Notes: generated from the letters alone by a model not told the origin. DNA of 64,000 nt from an uncultured Butyricicoccus sp. (GCA_944376065.1 CALWBL010000008.1:8418-72417), one strand, 5' to 3'; positions 18,613-29,018 are shown, counted from the stretch's first letter. Made by a program: numbers and translations.

Positions 18613-18864
18613 GGTGAAACCTCCTTGGGTTTCAGTATATGTGCTACGCTGTGCGTGTTTTGTTGGAAAATAAGCATGGAAATATCAAAATCATATTTTT
18701 TATGCATTCTTGCAATCGGAAATATAGCAAAATGAGGAAAAATAATAGGAAATGCAGGGAAAACAATGGAAATAAAACGCTATTATGTGTTGTTTGCATT
18801 GTATGTTTGGATATGCTAGAATAGACTGAAATCAAATTTTATTAAAATCTTATGGAGGATATAT

Positions 18865-19830
18865 ATGAATATTGGAAAGGTGGAGGTAAATGGCAGACTT
18901 ATACTTGCACCTATGGCAGGTGTTACAGATAAAGCATTCAGACAGATTTGCAGAGAACATGGTGCCGCCCTTACAGTAACTGAGATGGTATCTGCAAAGG
19001 CACTTTGCTTTAAAGATAAAAAAACACCTAGACTGCTGGGTTTGTCAGAAAACGAACACCCTGCATCAGTTCAAATTTTTGGCTCAGAGCCAGAAAGTAT
19101 GGCGGAAGGTGCTATTATTGCAAAAGAAATTTCTGGTTGTGATATAATAGATATAAATATGGGTTGTCCTGCACCTAAGATTGTGAATAATGGTGATGGG
19201 TCTGCACTGATGAAAGATATTAAACTTGCCGAAAAGATTATTTGTGCGGTTAAAAAAGCCGTTAATTGCACTGTTACAGTTAAATTTAGAAAGGGTTGGG
19301 ATGAGAAAAGTATAAACTGCATAGAGTTTGCTAAAATGTGCGAGCAGTCAGGTGCCGATATGATTGCCATTCACGGCAGAACAAGAGCACAACAATATTC
19401 AGGACATGCAGATTGGGACGCTATAAAAAATGTGAAACAAGCGGTTAAAATTCCGGTTGCTGCAAACGGAGATGTTTTTACTCCAAAAGATGCTGTTAAA
19501 ATAATAAACTATACTGGTGCTGATTTTGTTATGATTGGCAGAGGAGCTTTGGGTGACCCGTGGCTGTTTTCAAGGAGTAATGCGCTCATAGAAACAGGTA
19601 TACTTCCAGATGAACCAACCCTTTGCAAAAGACTTGATACAGCAGTTAGACAAATAGAGCTTGCGTTAGAGGATAAAGGTGAGCATATAGCTATGCTTGA
19701 GGCTAGAAAACATGTTAACTGGTATTTAAAAGGTTCATCAGGTCTTAAAGAATTTAAAAAGCGTGTATGTGCATTTAATAAAATAGATGAGCTTTACAAG
19801 TTGTGTGAGGAAATAAAGGCTCAGATGTAA
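18865..19830 (+). CDS. dusB: tRNA-dihydrouridine synthase B
   Basis: LAPMAGVTD, QIFGS, IDINMGCP, HGRTRAQ, NGD and MIGRG motifs. Confidence 0.93.
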   Translation: MNIGKVEVNGRLILAPMAGVTDKAFRQICREHGAALTVTEMVSAKALCFKDKKTPRLLGLSENEHPASVQIFGSEPESMAEGAIIAKEISGCDIIDINMGCPAPKIVNNGDGSALMKDIKLAEKIICAVKKAVNCTVTVKFRKGWDEKSINCIEFAKMCEQSGADMIAIHGRTRAQQYSGHADWDAIKNVKQAVKIPVAANGDVFTPKDAVKIINYTGADFVMIGRGALGDPWLFSRSNALIETGILPDEPTLCKRLDTAVRQIELALEDKGEHIAMLEARKHVNWYLKGSSGLKEFKKRVCAFNKIDELYKLCEEIKAQM

Positions 19831-19847
19831 AAAAGGGGGCTTCACCG

Positions 19848-20456
19848 ATGACAGAAGATGTGCTGATTAAACGTGCTAAAAATGGTGAAGTGGCTGCATT
19901 TGAGGCATTAGTGTCAGCTTATGAACGTCGAGTGTATACTCTTGCAATTCGTTCAACAAATTCACATGAAGATGCACTTGATATAACTCAAGAGGTTTTT
20001 TTAAAGGCTTATAAGTCAATATCGTCATTTAGAGGAGATAGCGGATTTTCTACATGGCTTTATAGAATCACTATGAACCAGTGTGTTGACTTTGCAAGGC
20101 GTAAAAAAAATATAACCGTCCAATCAATAGATGATGACAACTTGTTACAGTTGCCAGACACAAAAGAAAGCAATCAACCAGAACACTCTCTTGAAAAAAG
20201 TGAGCTAAGAAAAGAACTTGACACTGCTCTTGATATGGTATCACAAGAACATCGAGCAGTGGTTATAATGCGAGATGTTGTTGGTATGAAATACTCTGAT
20301 ATAGCTAAAACGCTTGAGGTTGAAGAGGGAACAGTGAAATCTCGTCTTGCAAGGGCAAGGTCGGCTCTTAGAAAAATTCTAATAGAAAGAGGGAACATTT
20401 CCTTACCATCTACGTCTAAACAGTCGGAAAGGAGGCGGGAAAATGCCAAACTGTGA
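19848..20456 (+). CDS. ECF RNA polymerase sigma factor
   Basis: AFEALV..YE, DITQEVFLKAY, FSTWLYRI.MN.C.D (region 2), and GTVKSRLARAR (region 4). Confidence 0.92.
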   Translation: MTEDVLIKRAKNGEVAAFEALVSAYERRVYTLAIRSTNSHEDALDITQEVFLKAYKSISSFRGDSGFSTWLYRITMNQCVDFARRKKNITVQSIDDDNLLQLPDTKESNQPEHSLEKSELRKELDTALDMVSQEHRAVVIMRDVVGMKYSDIAKTLEVEEGTVKSRLARARSALRKILIERGNISLPSTSKQSERRRENAKL

Positions 20457-21435
20457 AAAATACCGTGAGCTTTGCTCATCAAGTATTGACGGTCAGTTAT
20501 CAGAAATTGAAGAAAAAGAACTTTTAGAGCATTTGTCAGAATGTCCCGCCTGTGCAGAGTATCTTGAAGATATTCGTCAAATGCAAAATGCATGGGAGGA
20601 TATAAAACAGCCACTGCCAGATGATTTGCATGAGAAAATTATGAAAAATATTGTGTTGGAGACAGAAAAACAAACACATAGACAAAAAAGTGCAAAGAGT
20701 CAGTTCCCCGTTTTTACAGTTATATCAGCGGTCGCTGCATGTGTAATGATTGCTTTATCTGGTGCAGTTGGTGATATAATTAGTATTGTTTCAAATAATG
20801 AAAATAATGAAACGGAAGGTAATCAGCCAACCGGTCAGCTTGTTATGGAGAAAACAATTGAAGAAACAAAGGAAAACATTGAAGAACCTAGCCAGCCGGA
20901 GCAGAATGAGCAGACGCAGCCTGAAACTCAGCAGACGCCTGAGACTGAATATGAGCAGGAGCAACCACAGGTGGAACAGCATTATGAGGTTTTGCCTAGA
21001 GTTGTTGATGAGCAGCCACAAACCAAACAAGAGCAAATACCAGCAGTTGCATCTAACGAGCAGGGAAAACAAGATAGTGAACAGACTGTGATGCAATCAC
21101 CAGCCGCATTTTCGGTTGAGGGTCAGCAACAGTTGCCAAGAAATGCCGCTGAAAATCAATCGGTAAAAATTCCATCTTATATGCAAACATCTAGCTTTGC
21201 TTTTTGTTGTGTTGCAGTTGGCTCCGGTGAGGTGCCTGTAATTGAAAATTCAAACCTTGTAGAAAAAGATGATAATATATATTATTTTAAAGTGACAGGT
21301 GTTATAAGTGATTTTGATAACACTGTTGCTGCTTTGAAAGAAAATGGTTTTGAAACAACTATGCGTACAGATTTGGACGTTAAAATAGATACAAATGCAT
21401 CTGAAGGTTTGCTTATTTTGGTTGTAAACCAATAA
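20443..21435 (+). CDS. Zinc-binding (ZAS, zf-HC2) anti-sigma factor with one TM helix and a Q/E/P-rich linker
   Basis: HLSECPAC (HxxxCxxC) motif, TM at residues ~90-115, overlaps the sigma gene stop. Confidence 0.85.
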   Translation: MPNCEKYRELCSSSIDGQLSEIEEKELLEHLSECPACAEYLEDIRQMQNAWEDIKQPLPDDLHEKIMKNIVLETEKQTHRQKSAKSQFPVFTVISAVAACVMIALSGAVGDIISIVSNNENNETEGNQPTGQLVMEKTIEETKENIEEPSQPEQNEQTQPETQQTPETEYEQEQPQVEQHYEVLPRVVDEQPQTKQEQIPAVASNEQGKQDSEQTVMQSPAAFSVEGQQQLPRNAAENQSVKIPSYMQTSSFAFCCVAVGSGEVPVIENSNLVEKDDNIYYFKVTGVISDFDNTVAALKENGFETTMRTDLDVKIDTNASEGLLILVVNQ

Positions 21436-21502
21436 GAAAATGTATGTAAATTCCGGTAAAATTATTTTATCGGAATTTTTTTGTTTTTTTCGATAAAAGA
21501 TA

Positions 21503-21531
21503 TTGACAAATAATAAAAAATGAGTTATTCT
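21503..21531 (+). promoter_or_regulatory. sigma-A promoter of the S10 operon
   Basis: TTGACA-17 nt-TATTCT upstream of the long rpsJ leader. Confidence 0.7.
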
Positions 21532-21534
21532 ATA

Positions 21535-21867
21535 CAAGACCTGCAAAAAGGCAGGCAAAATGCGATGATATCGGAGATTGCTGACATGTGTCAGGTAACT
21601 TCGATGGAGTAGGTCCGACAATCGGGCGGTTGAGACAACTGCTTATTGTAAAACGTCAATGTTCTTGCGTAAATTCGGGACTTTTGGCAGCTTTGCCAAA
21701 AAGCCGATGGCACGAACCTCCTGCGTTATTTTGACCGGATTTTTCACAGACAGTGTGCCGGTTATTTTCATGCCCGTAGGCGATACGCCGGGCGGGGTTG
21801 CAGTATCTCTCCGTAACGAGTCGACACATTTTTAAATGTACGACATGTACGAGGAGGAAAAACCAAA
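21535..21867 (+). promoter_or_regulatory. Long structured 5' leader of rpsJ (candidate r-protein leader RNA)
   Basis: About 330 nt with no convincing ORF and many short GC-rich hairpins. Confidence 0.55.
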
Positions 21868-22179
21868 ATGGCAAATGCTGAAAAGATTCGTATCCGCCTG
21901 AAGGCATACGACCACGAGCTTATCGATCAGTCCGCAGAGAAGATTGTTGAAACCGCTAAGCGTACAGGTGCTAAGGTTTCTGGACCAATCCCTCTGCCAA
22001 CCGAAAAAGAAATTATCACTATTCTGCGTGCTGTTCATAAGTACAAGGACAGCCGTGAGCAGTTTGAGCGTCGTACTCATAAGCGTCTTATCGATATCGT
22101 TAATCCAGGACAGAAGACTGTCGAGTCCCTTATGACTCTTGATCTTCCAGCTGGCGTTGAAATCGAAATTAAGCTCTAA
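21868..22179 (+). CDS. rpsJ: 30S ribosomal protein S10
   Basis: [11 protein letters not shown]...SGPIPLPT...HKRLIDI. Confidence 0.98.
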   Translation: MANAEKIRIRLKAYDHELIDQSAEKIVETAKRTGAKVSGPIPLPTEKEIITILRAVHKYKDSREQFERRTHKRLIDIVNPGQKTVESLMTLDLPAGVEIEIKL

Positions 22180-22308
22180 TTTTACTGAACTAACAAATCT
22201 GTTGCAAATGCAGCGGTTTGCACCTAGCCACAACAGTGTGGCAGGGTCAAGTTGGCAGCAGGCTGAGACCTCTGTCAACCAATAACCTTTAATAGGAGGA
22301 AAACAAAA

Positions 22309-23010
22309 ATGCTGAACAAAGCAATTATCGGCAAGAAAGTTGGTATGACCCAAATCTTCGACGATGAAGGTAAGGTTATCCCAGTAACTGTAATCGAAGC
22401 TGGTCCATGTGTAGTAACTCAGCTAAAGAGCGTTGAGAAGGAAGGCTACGCTGCTGTACAGCTAGGTTTCGAGGACATTAAGGAAAAGAAACTCAACAAG
22501 CCAGAGCTAGGTCATTTAAAGAAGGCTGGCGAGGCTGTTAAGAAGTACCTCAAGGAGTTCCGTTTTGACGATTGCTCCGCTTTCCAGGTTGGTGACGTAA
22601 TCACCGCTGATATGTTCCAGGTTGGCGATTATGTTGATGTAACTGGTATCTCTAAGGGTAAAGGTTTTGCTGGCGTTATCAAGCGTTTTAACGCTGGTCG
22701 CTCCCCAATGAGCCATGGTGCTGGTCCTATGCACCGTCATCAGGGTTCTATGGGCGCTTGTTCTGACCCTTCTAAGATTATGAAGGGTAAGATGATGCCT
22801 GGTCACCTCGGCAACGAGCAGGTTACTGTTCAAAACCTTGATGTTGTTAAGGTTGATGCTGAACTGAACTTAATCGCTGTTTGCGGTGCTATCCCAGGTC
22901 CTAAGGGCGGCATCGTGTTCCTGAAGAACACTGTTAAGAAGAATCCTGAGAAGAAGGGTCCTGCTGCTGGTATCAGTAAGAACCCACAGAAGGCTTCTGC
23001 AAGAAAGTAA
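22309..23010 (+). CDS. rplC: 50S ribosomal protein L3
   Basis: [22 protein letters not shown] and MPGHLG. Has a C-terminal basic extension. Confidence 0.98.
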   Translation: MLNKAIIGKKVGMTQIFDDEGKVIPVTVIEAGPCVVTQLKSVEKEGYAAVQLGFEDIKEKKLNKPELGHLKKAGEAVKKYLKEFRFDDCSAFQVGDVITADMFQVGDYVDVTGISKGKGFAGVIKRFNAGRSPMSHGAGPMHRHQGSMGACSDPSKIMKGKMMPGHLGNEQVTVQNLDVVKVDAELNLIAVCGAIPGPKGGIVFLKNTVKKNPEKKGPAAGISKNPQKASARK

Positions 23011-23028
23011 GGGGAGGAGGAAATACTA

Positions 23029-23652
23029 ATGCCTACAGTTAAGGTTTACAATATGGCTGGTCAGGAGACTGGCACAATCGAGCTTAATGCTGATATCTTC
23101 GGCATCGAGCCTAATATGTCTGCTATGCATGCAGTAGTAAAGAACCATCTCGCTAACAAGCGTCAGGGCACTCAGTCCACTCTGACCCGTGCAGAGGTTC
23201 GCGGCGGTGGCATTAAGCCATGGCGTCAGAAGGGCACAGGCCGTGCTCGTCAGGGTTCTATCCGCTCTCCACAGTGGACTCACGGTGGTATTGCCTTAGG
23301 TCCTAAGCCACGTTCTTACCGTTATACTCTGAACAAGAAGCTGCGTCGTCTGGCTATGATGTCTGCTCTGTCTGCAAAGGCTGCTGCTGGCGAAATCATC
23401 GTTATTGATGACCTGAACATGGGTGAAATCAAGACTAAGACTTTTGCAGGTTTCCTGAAGTCTGTTGATGCAACTGGCAAGAGCCTTGTTGTAACTCCAG
23501 AGTCTCGCACCAATGTTATTAAGAGTGCTGCAAATATTCCAGGTGTTCGCACTACTATTGCTACTACTCTAAATGTTTATGATATCCTCAACGCTGACAA
23601 GTTCATCATCGACAAGGCAGCGGTTGCTAAAATCGAGGAGGTTTACGCATAA
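23029..23652 (+). CDS. rplD: 50S ribosomal protein L4
   Basis: RQGTQSTLTRAEVRGGGIKPWRQKGTGRARQGS. Confidence 0.98.
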   Translation: MPTVKVYNMAGQETGTIELNADIFGIEPNMSAMHAVVKNHLANKRQGTQSTLTRAEVRGGGIKPWRQKGTGRARQGSIRSPQWTHGGIALGPKPRSYRYTLNKKLRRLAMMSALSAKAAAGEIIVIDDLNMGEIKTKTFAGFLKSVDATGKSLVVTPESRTNVIKSAANIPGVRTTIATTLNVYDILNADKFIIDKAAVAKIEEVYA

Positions 23653-23945
23653 TGAAATTCGCACATGACGTAATCATTAGGCCTATTATTACCGAGCGTT
23701 CTATGGAAGGTATAGCTGAAAACAAGTATGTTTTCGAGGTTGCTCCAAACGCTGGTAAGATTGAAATTAAAAAGGCTGCTGAAGAAATCTTCGGCGTTAA
23801 AGTTGCTAAGGTTAACACCATTAAGCTGCCAGGTAAGTGGAAGCGTATGGGCGTTCACACTGGTAAGCGCAAGGACATCAAGAAGGCTGTCATTACCCTG
23901 ACTGATGATTCCAAGAAGATTGAAATCTTTGAAAATATGATGTAA
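23652..23945 (+). CDS. rplW: 50S ribosomal protein L23
   Basis: [16 protein letters not shown] and KKAVITL motifs; position in the operon. Confidence 0.97.
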   Translation: MKFAHDVIIRPIITERSMEGIAENKYVFEVAPNAGKIEIKKAAEEIFGVKVAKVNTIKLPGKWKRMGVHTGKRKDIKKAVITLTDDSKKIEIFENMM

Positions 23946-24039
23946 TTTACCGCAAGGTGAATATATAAATGCGACAATCGGTCGCAGGTATGGGGATGTC
24001 ACCCCGATAAGAACAGATTTTAAGGAGTTGAAAAACAAA

Positions 24040-24873
24040 ATGGCGATCAAAACTTTCAACCCTACGACACCTTCCCGCCGTAACATGACTACTCTGTCTA
24101 ATGCGGGACTGTCTAAGGTAAAGCCAGAGAAGAGCCTTCTCGAAAAGCTGAAAAAGACCGCTGGTCGTAATAGCTACGGCCGTATCACCGTGCGCCATAA
24201 GGGCGGCGGAAACAAGCAGAAGTACCGTATTATCGACTTCAAGCGTCAGAAGCTGGATATGCCAGCTACTGTTCTGACTCTGGAATATGACCCAAACCGT
24301 TCCGCTAACATCGCTCTCATTCAGTATGAGGACGGCGTTAAGGCTTATATCCTCGCTCCAGAGGGTCTAAACATCGGTGACAAGGTTATTTCCTCTGTTA
24401 ATGCTGACATCAAGCCTGGCAACTGCCTGCCAGTTCATGCAATTCCAGTTGGTACTATGATTCATAACATTGAGCTTTACCCAGGTAAGGGCGCTCAGCT
24501 AGTTCGTTCTGCAGGCGTTGGCGCTCAGCTAATGGCTAAGGAAAACGGCAAGGCAATGGTTCGTCTGCCATCTGGTGAGCTGCGTTATGTTCGTCTTGAG
24601 TGCAAGGCTACAATCGGTGTAGTTGGTAACTCTGACCACTCTAACGTTCAGCTTGGTAAGGCTGGTCGCAGCCGTCATATGGGTATCCGCCCAACAGTTC
24701 GTGGTTCTGTAATGAACCCTTGTGATCACCCACATGGTGGTGGTGAAGGTAAGAGCCCAATTGGCCGTCCAGCACCTGTTACCCCATGGGGCAAACCTGC
24801 TATGGGTTATAAGACTCGTAAGAAGAATCACCGTACCGACAAACAGATTGTTCGTCGTCGTAACGGTAAGTAA
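24040..24873 (+). CDS. rplB: 50S ribosomal protein L2
   Basis: [19 protein letters not shown] and [18 protein letters not shown]. Confidence 0.98.
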   Translation: MAIKTFNPTTPSRRNMTTLSNAGLSKVKPEKSLLEKLKKTAGRNSYGRITVRHKGGGNKQKYRIIDFKRQKLDMPATVLTLEYDPNRSANIALIQYEDGVKAYILAPEGLNIGDKVISSVNADIKPGNCLPVHAIPVGTMIHNIELYPGKGAQLVRSAGVGAQLMAKENGKAMVRLPSGELRYVRLECKATIGVVGNSDHSNVQLGKAGRSRHMGIRPTVRGSVMNPCDHPHGGGEGKSPIGRPAPVTPWGKPAMGYKTRKKNHRTDKQIVRRRNGK

Positions 24874-24891
24874 GGAAAGGAGAACAGAAAT

Positions 24892-25173
24892 ATGGGCAGA
24901 AGTGTTAAGAAGGGCCCTTTTGTGGCTCCTGAGCTTTACAAAAGAGTCGTTGCTATGAATGAAGCTGGCGAGAAGAAGGTTGTTAAGACCTGGTCTCGTG
25001 CATCTACAATTTTTCCTGAGTTCGTTGGTCATACTATCGCAGTTCATGACGGTCGTAAGCACGTTCCAGTATATGTTACTGAGGACATGGTAGGTCATAA
25101 GCTGGGTGAGTTCGCTCCAACCCGTACCTATAAGGGTCACGCGGGCAGCAAGACCTCCAACAACGGTAAGTAA
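24892..25173 (+). CDS. rpsS: 30S ribosomal protein S19
   Basis: RSVKKGPF and [10 protein letters not shown]. Confidence 0.98.
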   Translation: MGRSVKKGPFVAPELYKRVVAMNEAGEKKVVKTWSRASTIFPEFVGHTIAVHDGRKHVPVYVTEDMVGHKLGEFAPTRTYKGHAGSKTSNNGK

Positions 25174-25187
25174 GGGAGGACGAACAG

Positions 25188-25523
25188 ATGGAAGCAAGAG
25201 CAATCGTTAGAAACGTCCGCATGACCCCTCGTAAGATGAAGCTAATCTGTGACCTGATTCGTGGTAAAGACGCAGGCACTGCTATGGCTATCATCATGAA
25301 CACTCCTAAGGCTGCTAGCGAAGTTATGGCTAAGCTGCTAAAGAGTGCTGTTGCTAATGCGGAGAATAATCACAACATGAACACTGATAAGCTGTATGTT
25401 AAGGAAGTTCATGTAGCACCAGGTCCTATCATGAAGCGTATTATGCCACGTGCACAGGGTCGTGCATTCCGTATCCTGAAGAGAACCTCTCATGTGACTC
25501 TGGTTCTCGCAGAGAAAGAATAA
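25188..25523 (+). CDS. rplV: 50S ribosomal protein L22
   Basis: TPRKMKLICDLIRG and PRAQGRA...KRTSH. Confidence 0.98.
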   Translation: MEARAIVRNVRMTPRKMKLICDLIRGKDAGTAMAIIMNTPKAASEVMAKLLKSAVANAENNHNMNTDKLYVKEVHVAPGPIMKRIMPRAQGRAFRILKRTSHVTLVLAEKE

Positions 25524-25537
25524 GGGGAGGTTAAACA

Positions 25538-26305
25538 ATGGGCCAGAAAGTAAATCCGAACGGTCTTCGTGTCGGCGTAATTAAAAATTGGGATTCCCGT
25601 TGGTTCGCTAAGGACAATGTTTTTGGCGATCTCCTCGTGGAAGACTATAACATTCGTAAGTATCTTAAGAATCTTCTCAAGGATGCAGGCGTTCCTGCTA
25701 TTGAGATTGAGCGTACCGCTAAGGACGTTAAGATTCTGATTCAGTGTGCTCGTCCAGGCTTTGTTATCGGTCAGGGCGGCGAAAAGATTGAAAAGCTACA
25801 GGCTGATGTTGCTAAGATGATTGGTAAGCCAGTTAAGATTTCTATTATTGAAATCAAGAACCCAGATACCAATGCAACTCTGGTAGCTGAAAACATTGCT
25901 GCACAACTGGAAAAGCGTATCTCTTTCCGTCGTGCAATGAAGCAGTGCATGGGCCGCGCAATGCGTATGGGTGCTAAGGGCATCAAGACCGCTTGCTCCG
26001 GTCGTCTAGGCGGCGCAGAAATCGCTCGTACTGAGCATTATCATGAGGGTACTATCCCACTACAAACTCTGCGTGCTGATATTGACTACGGTTTTGCTGA
26101 GGCTGATACAACCTACGGTAAAATCGGTGTTAAGGTTTGGATTTATAAGGGTGAGGTTCTGACAGGTGGTCCTCGTCTTGGTCGTTCAATCGAGGCTCCA
26201 AAGCCAGCATCTGAACGCCGCGACCGCCGTGATGGTGACCGTCGCCGTAGAAATAATAATCGTGGCGAGCGTCGTGCTCCACGTCAGGAAGGAGGCAACC
26301 GCTAA
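25538..26305 (+). CDS. rpsC: 30S ribosomal protein S3
   Basis: [11 protein letters not shown] and [13 protein letters not shown]. Has an Arg-rich C-terminal tail. Confidence 0.98.
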   Translation: MGQKVNPNGLRVGVIKNWDSRWFAKDNVFGDLLVEDYNIRKYLKNLLKDAGVPAIEIERTAKDVKILIQCARPGFVIGQGGEKIEKLQADVAKMIGKPVKISIIEIKNPDTNATLVAENIAAQLEKRISFRRAMKQCMGRAMRMGAKGIKTACSGRLGGAEIARTEHYHEGTIPLQTLRADIDYGFAEADTTYGKIGVKVWIYKGEVLTGGPRLGRSIEAPKPASERRDRRDGDRRRRNNNRGERRAPRQEGGNR

Positions 26306-26733
26306 TGCTGCTCCCAAAGAGAGTTAAATACCGTCGTGTGCATCGTGGCCGTCTTAAGGGCAAGGCATCACGTGGTAATTTCGTAGCTTATGGTGATTTC
26401 GGTCTTCAGGCTACAGAGCCATGCTGGATCACCTCTAACCAGATTGAGGCTGCCCGTATTGCGATGACTCGTTATACTAAGCGTGGCGGTAAGGTTTGGA
26501 TTAAAATTTTCCCTGACAAGCCAATTACTGAGAAGCCAGCTGAAACCCGAATGGGTTCCGGTAAGGGTTCTCCAGAGTACTGGGTTGCTGTAGTTAAGCC
26601 AGGTCGTGTTCTTTTTGAAATCGCTGGTGTTTCTGAGGAAGTTGCTCGTGAGGCACTTCGTCTGGCTAGCCACAAGCTGCCTTGTAAGACAAAGTTTGTT
26701 ACTCGTGAGACCAAGAATGGTGGTGAAGTATGA
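26305..26733 (+). CDS. rplP: 50S ribosomal protein L16
   Basis: PKRVKYRR and [14 protein letters not shown]. Confidence 0.98.
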   Translation: MLLPKRVKYRRVHRGRLKGKASRGNFVAYGDFGLQATEPCWITSNQIEAARIAMTRYTKRGGKVWIKIFPDKPITEKPAETRMGSGKGSPEYWVAVVKPGRVLFEIAGVSEEVAREALRLASHKLPCKTKFVTRETKNGGEV

Positions 26734-26930
26734 TGAAGGCAAAAGAGATTAGATCACTGAGTGCTGAACAGCTGCAGGATAAGCTCGCAGAGCTTAAGAA
26801 GGACCTCTTCAACCTTCGTCTCCAGCACGCTACCAATCAGCTTGACAATGTAAACAAGATAACAGAAGTTAAGCGTGACATTGCACGTGTCAACACCGTT
26901 CTCCGCGAGCTTCAGCTTGCGGCAAAGTAA
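26730..26930 (+). CDS. rpmC: 50S ribosomal protein L29
   Basis: LFNLRLQ...KRDIARVNT; position in the operon. Confidence 0.96.
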   Translation: MMKAKEIRSLSAEQLQDKLAELKKDLFNLRLQHATNQLDNVNKITEVKRDIARVNTVLRELQLAAK

Positions 26931-26944
26931 GGAGGTAAGCGAAG

Positions 26945-27202
26945 TTGAGCGAGAGAGCGTTAAGAAAAACCCGTGTGGGTAAGGTAGTATCCGATAAGAT
27001 GGATAAGACTATCGTTGTAGCAATCGAGGATAGCGTACAGCATCCTCTGTATAAAAAGGTTATGAAGCGTACCTATAAGCTCAAGGCACACGACGAAAAC
27101 AACGAGTGCCGTGTAGGCGATAAGGTTAAGGTAATGGAAACCCGCCCACTGTCCAAGGACAAGCGTTGGCGTTTGGTTGAAGTTGTCGAGAAGGCGAAGT
27201 AA
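26945..27202 (+). CDS. rpsQ: 30S ribosomal protein S17
   Basis: [11 protein letters not shown] and [14 protein letters not shown] start. Confidence 0.97.
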   Translation: MSERALRKTRVGKVVSDKMDKTIVVAIEDSVQHPLYKKVMKRTYKLKAHDENNECRVGDKVKVMETRPLSKDKRWRLVEVVEKAK

Positions 27203-27214
27203 GGAGGGGAACAC

Positions 27215-27583
27215 ATGATTCAGCAGGAAACTTATCTGCGTGCGGCTGACAACAGCGGTGCGAAAGAACTGAAATGTATCCGTGTTCTCGGTGGCTCTAC
27301 CCGTAAGTACGGTAATATCGGCGACGTAATCGTTTGCTCTGTACGTAAGTGTACACCAGGCGGCGGCGTTAAGAAGGGCGATGTTGTTAAGGCAGTTATC
27401 GTTCGTACTGTTAAGGGTCTGCGTCGCGCAGATGGCAGCTATATCCGTTTCGATGAGAATGCGGCAGTTATTATTAAAGAAGATAAAAACCCACGTGGTA
27501 CCCGTATCTTTGGGCCAATTGCAAGAGAGCTGCGTGATAAGGATTATATGAAGATTCTGTCACTTGCTCCAGAAGTACTGTAA
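27215..27583 (+). CDS. rplN: 50S ribosomal protein L14
   Basis: ADNSGAK and [14 protein letters not shown]. Confidence 0.98.
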   Translation: MIQQETYLRAADNSGAKELKCIRVLGGSTRKYGNIGDVIVCSVRKCTPGGGVKKGDVVKAVIVRTVKGLRRADGSYIRFDENAAVIIKEDKNPRGTRIFGPIARELRDKDYMKILSLAPEVL

Positions 27584-27599
27584 GGGAGGTCGCCATAAT

Positions 27600-27917
27600 A
27601 TGAATAATCTGCATGTTAAAACCGGCGACACCGCCGTTGTTCTTTCTGGTAAGGAAAAGGGCAAAAAGGGTAAAGTACTATCTGTTAACCCTAAGAAGGG
27701 TATGGTAGTAATCGAAGGCGTTAATATGGTAACTTGCCATATGAAGCCTCGTCGTCAGGGTGAAACCGGCGGCATCGTAAAGCGCGAGGGTGCTCTGCGT
27801 GCTTGTAAGGTTATGAAGGTTTGTCCTAAGTGTGACAAGCCAACACGTCCTGCACATAAGATTTTAGACAGCGGCAAAAAGGTTTGCGTTTGCAAGCACT
27901 GTGGCGCTGAAATTTAA
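27600..27917 (+). CDS. rplX: 50S ribosomal protein L24
   Basis: KOW motif [22 protein letters not shown] 27600 after GGAGG. Confidence 0.97.
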   Translation: MNNLHVKTGDTAVVLSGKEKGKKGKVLSVNPKKGMVVIEGVNMVTCHMKPRRQGETGGIVKREGALRACKVMKVCPKCDKPTRPAHKILDSGKKVCVCKHCGAEI

Positions 27918-27931
27918 GGGGAGGAAAAGCT

Positions 27932-28474
27932 ATGCCTAGATTAAAGGATAAATATGAAGCAGAAGCTCGTCCTGCTCTGATGAAGAAGTTCGAGTATAAG
28001 AGCCCAATGCAGATTCCACAGCTTGATAAGATTGTTATCAACGTTGGTTGTGGCAAGGAAGCAAACGGCAATGCAAAGGTTATCGAAGCTGTTGTTCGTG
28101 ACCTGACTGCTATTACTGGTCAGAAGCCAGTTGTTACTCAGGCTAAGAAGTCTGTTGCTAACTTTAAGCTCCGTGAAGGTATGCCAGTAGGTGCGAAGGT
28201 TACTCTTCGTTCCGACCGTATGTGGGAGTTCCTAGACCGTCTGTTCAACGTGGCTCTGCCTCGTGTGCGTGACTTCCGTGGTATTTCTGCTAACTCTTTC
28301 GACGGCCGCGGCAACTATGCTTTCGGTCTGAAAGAGCAGCTGATTTTCCCAGAAATCGAGTATGACCAGATTGATAAGATTCGTGGTATGGATATCATCA
28401 TCTGTACTACTGCTAAAACTGATGAAGAAGCTCGTGAGCTGCTCACCATTATGGGCGCTCCATTTGCTAAGTAA
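27932..28474 (+). CDS. rplE: 50S ribosomal protein L5
   Basis: [16 protein letters not shown] and LPRVRDFRG. Confidence 0.98.
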   Translation: MPRLKDKYEAEARPALMKKFEYKSPMQIPQLDKIVINVGCGKEANGNAKVIEAVVRDLTAITGQKPVVTQAKKSVANFKLREGMPVGAKVTLRSDRMWEFLDRLFNVALPRVRDFRGISANSFDGRGNYAFGLKEQLIFPEIEYDQIDKIRGMDIIICTTAKTDEEARELLTIMGAPFAK

Positions 28475-28491
28475 GAAGGAGGAGAATTCAA

Positions 28492-28677
28492 ATGGCTAAG
28501 AAGGCAATGGTACTCAAGCAGCAGAAGACTCCTAAGTTCTCTACTCGTCAGTACAATCGTTGTAAAATTTGCGGTCGTCCACACGCTTATCTGCGTGATT
28601 TTGGTATCTGCCGTATCTGTTTCCGTGAGCTGGCTTATAAGGGTCAGATTCCAGGTGTTCGTAAGGCTTCCTGGTAA
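28492..28677 (+). CDS. rpsZ: 30S ribosomal protein S14, Zn-binding type Z
   Basis: 61 aa with CKICGR...CRIC and the GVRKASW end. Confidence 0.97.
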   Translation: MAKKAMVLKQQKTPKFSTRQYNRCKICGRPHAYLRDFGICRICFRELAYKGQIPGVRKASW

Positions 28678-28687
28678 AAGGAAAAAT

Positions 28688-28719
28688 AAAAAGAGAGTGC
28701 TTTTTGCACTCTCTTTTTT
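28688..28719 (+). terminator. Intrinsic terminator immediately after rpsZ, inside the spc operon
   Basis: Perfect 13-bp stem AAAAAGAGAGTGC / GCACTCTCTTTTT with a U-tract. Confidence 0.8.
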
Positions 28720-28754
28720 GTATAAAATCTCAGAAAGATTTTTGTAAAAAACAC

Positions 28755-28784
28755 TTGAAATGTATATATTATATGTGATATAAT
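28755..28784 (+). promoter_or_regulatory. sigma-A promoter P1 (extended -10)
   Basis: TTGAAA-18 nt-TATAAT with TG at -15/-14. Confidence 0.7.
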
Positions 28785-28989
28785 ATATAATAGTTACGCA
28801 TGAGTGTGACATATTCCGCAAAACGCATGGTGAGCGTTTTTTGCGAAGTCTTTCGTTGGCCATTACCCGATAGTTTCGGCGTGGTCTTTGAAATGAAGGA
28901 AACACGGCCGACCTGCCGTAATATCAAGGCTTTTAGCAAAATAACCGCAAAATTAAACGATTCTGTACAAAAATCAGTAGTTTTTTATA

Positions 28990-29018
28990 TTGCGGATATT
29001 GGTTTGTCATGATATAAT
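28990..29018 (+). promoter_or_regulatory. sigma-A promoter P2 (extended -10) for the rpsH-distal spc genes
   Basis: TTGCGG-17 nt-TATAAT with TG at -15/-14. Confidence 0.6.

Noticed and set aside
28800-29012. 70-aa ORF inside the rpsZ-rpsH insert (also ORFs 28933-29133 and 29034-29246)
   Set aside because: No SD and no recognisable composition or motif. The region is better explained by RNA structure and promoters. A leaderless start cannot be excluded without Ribo-seq.
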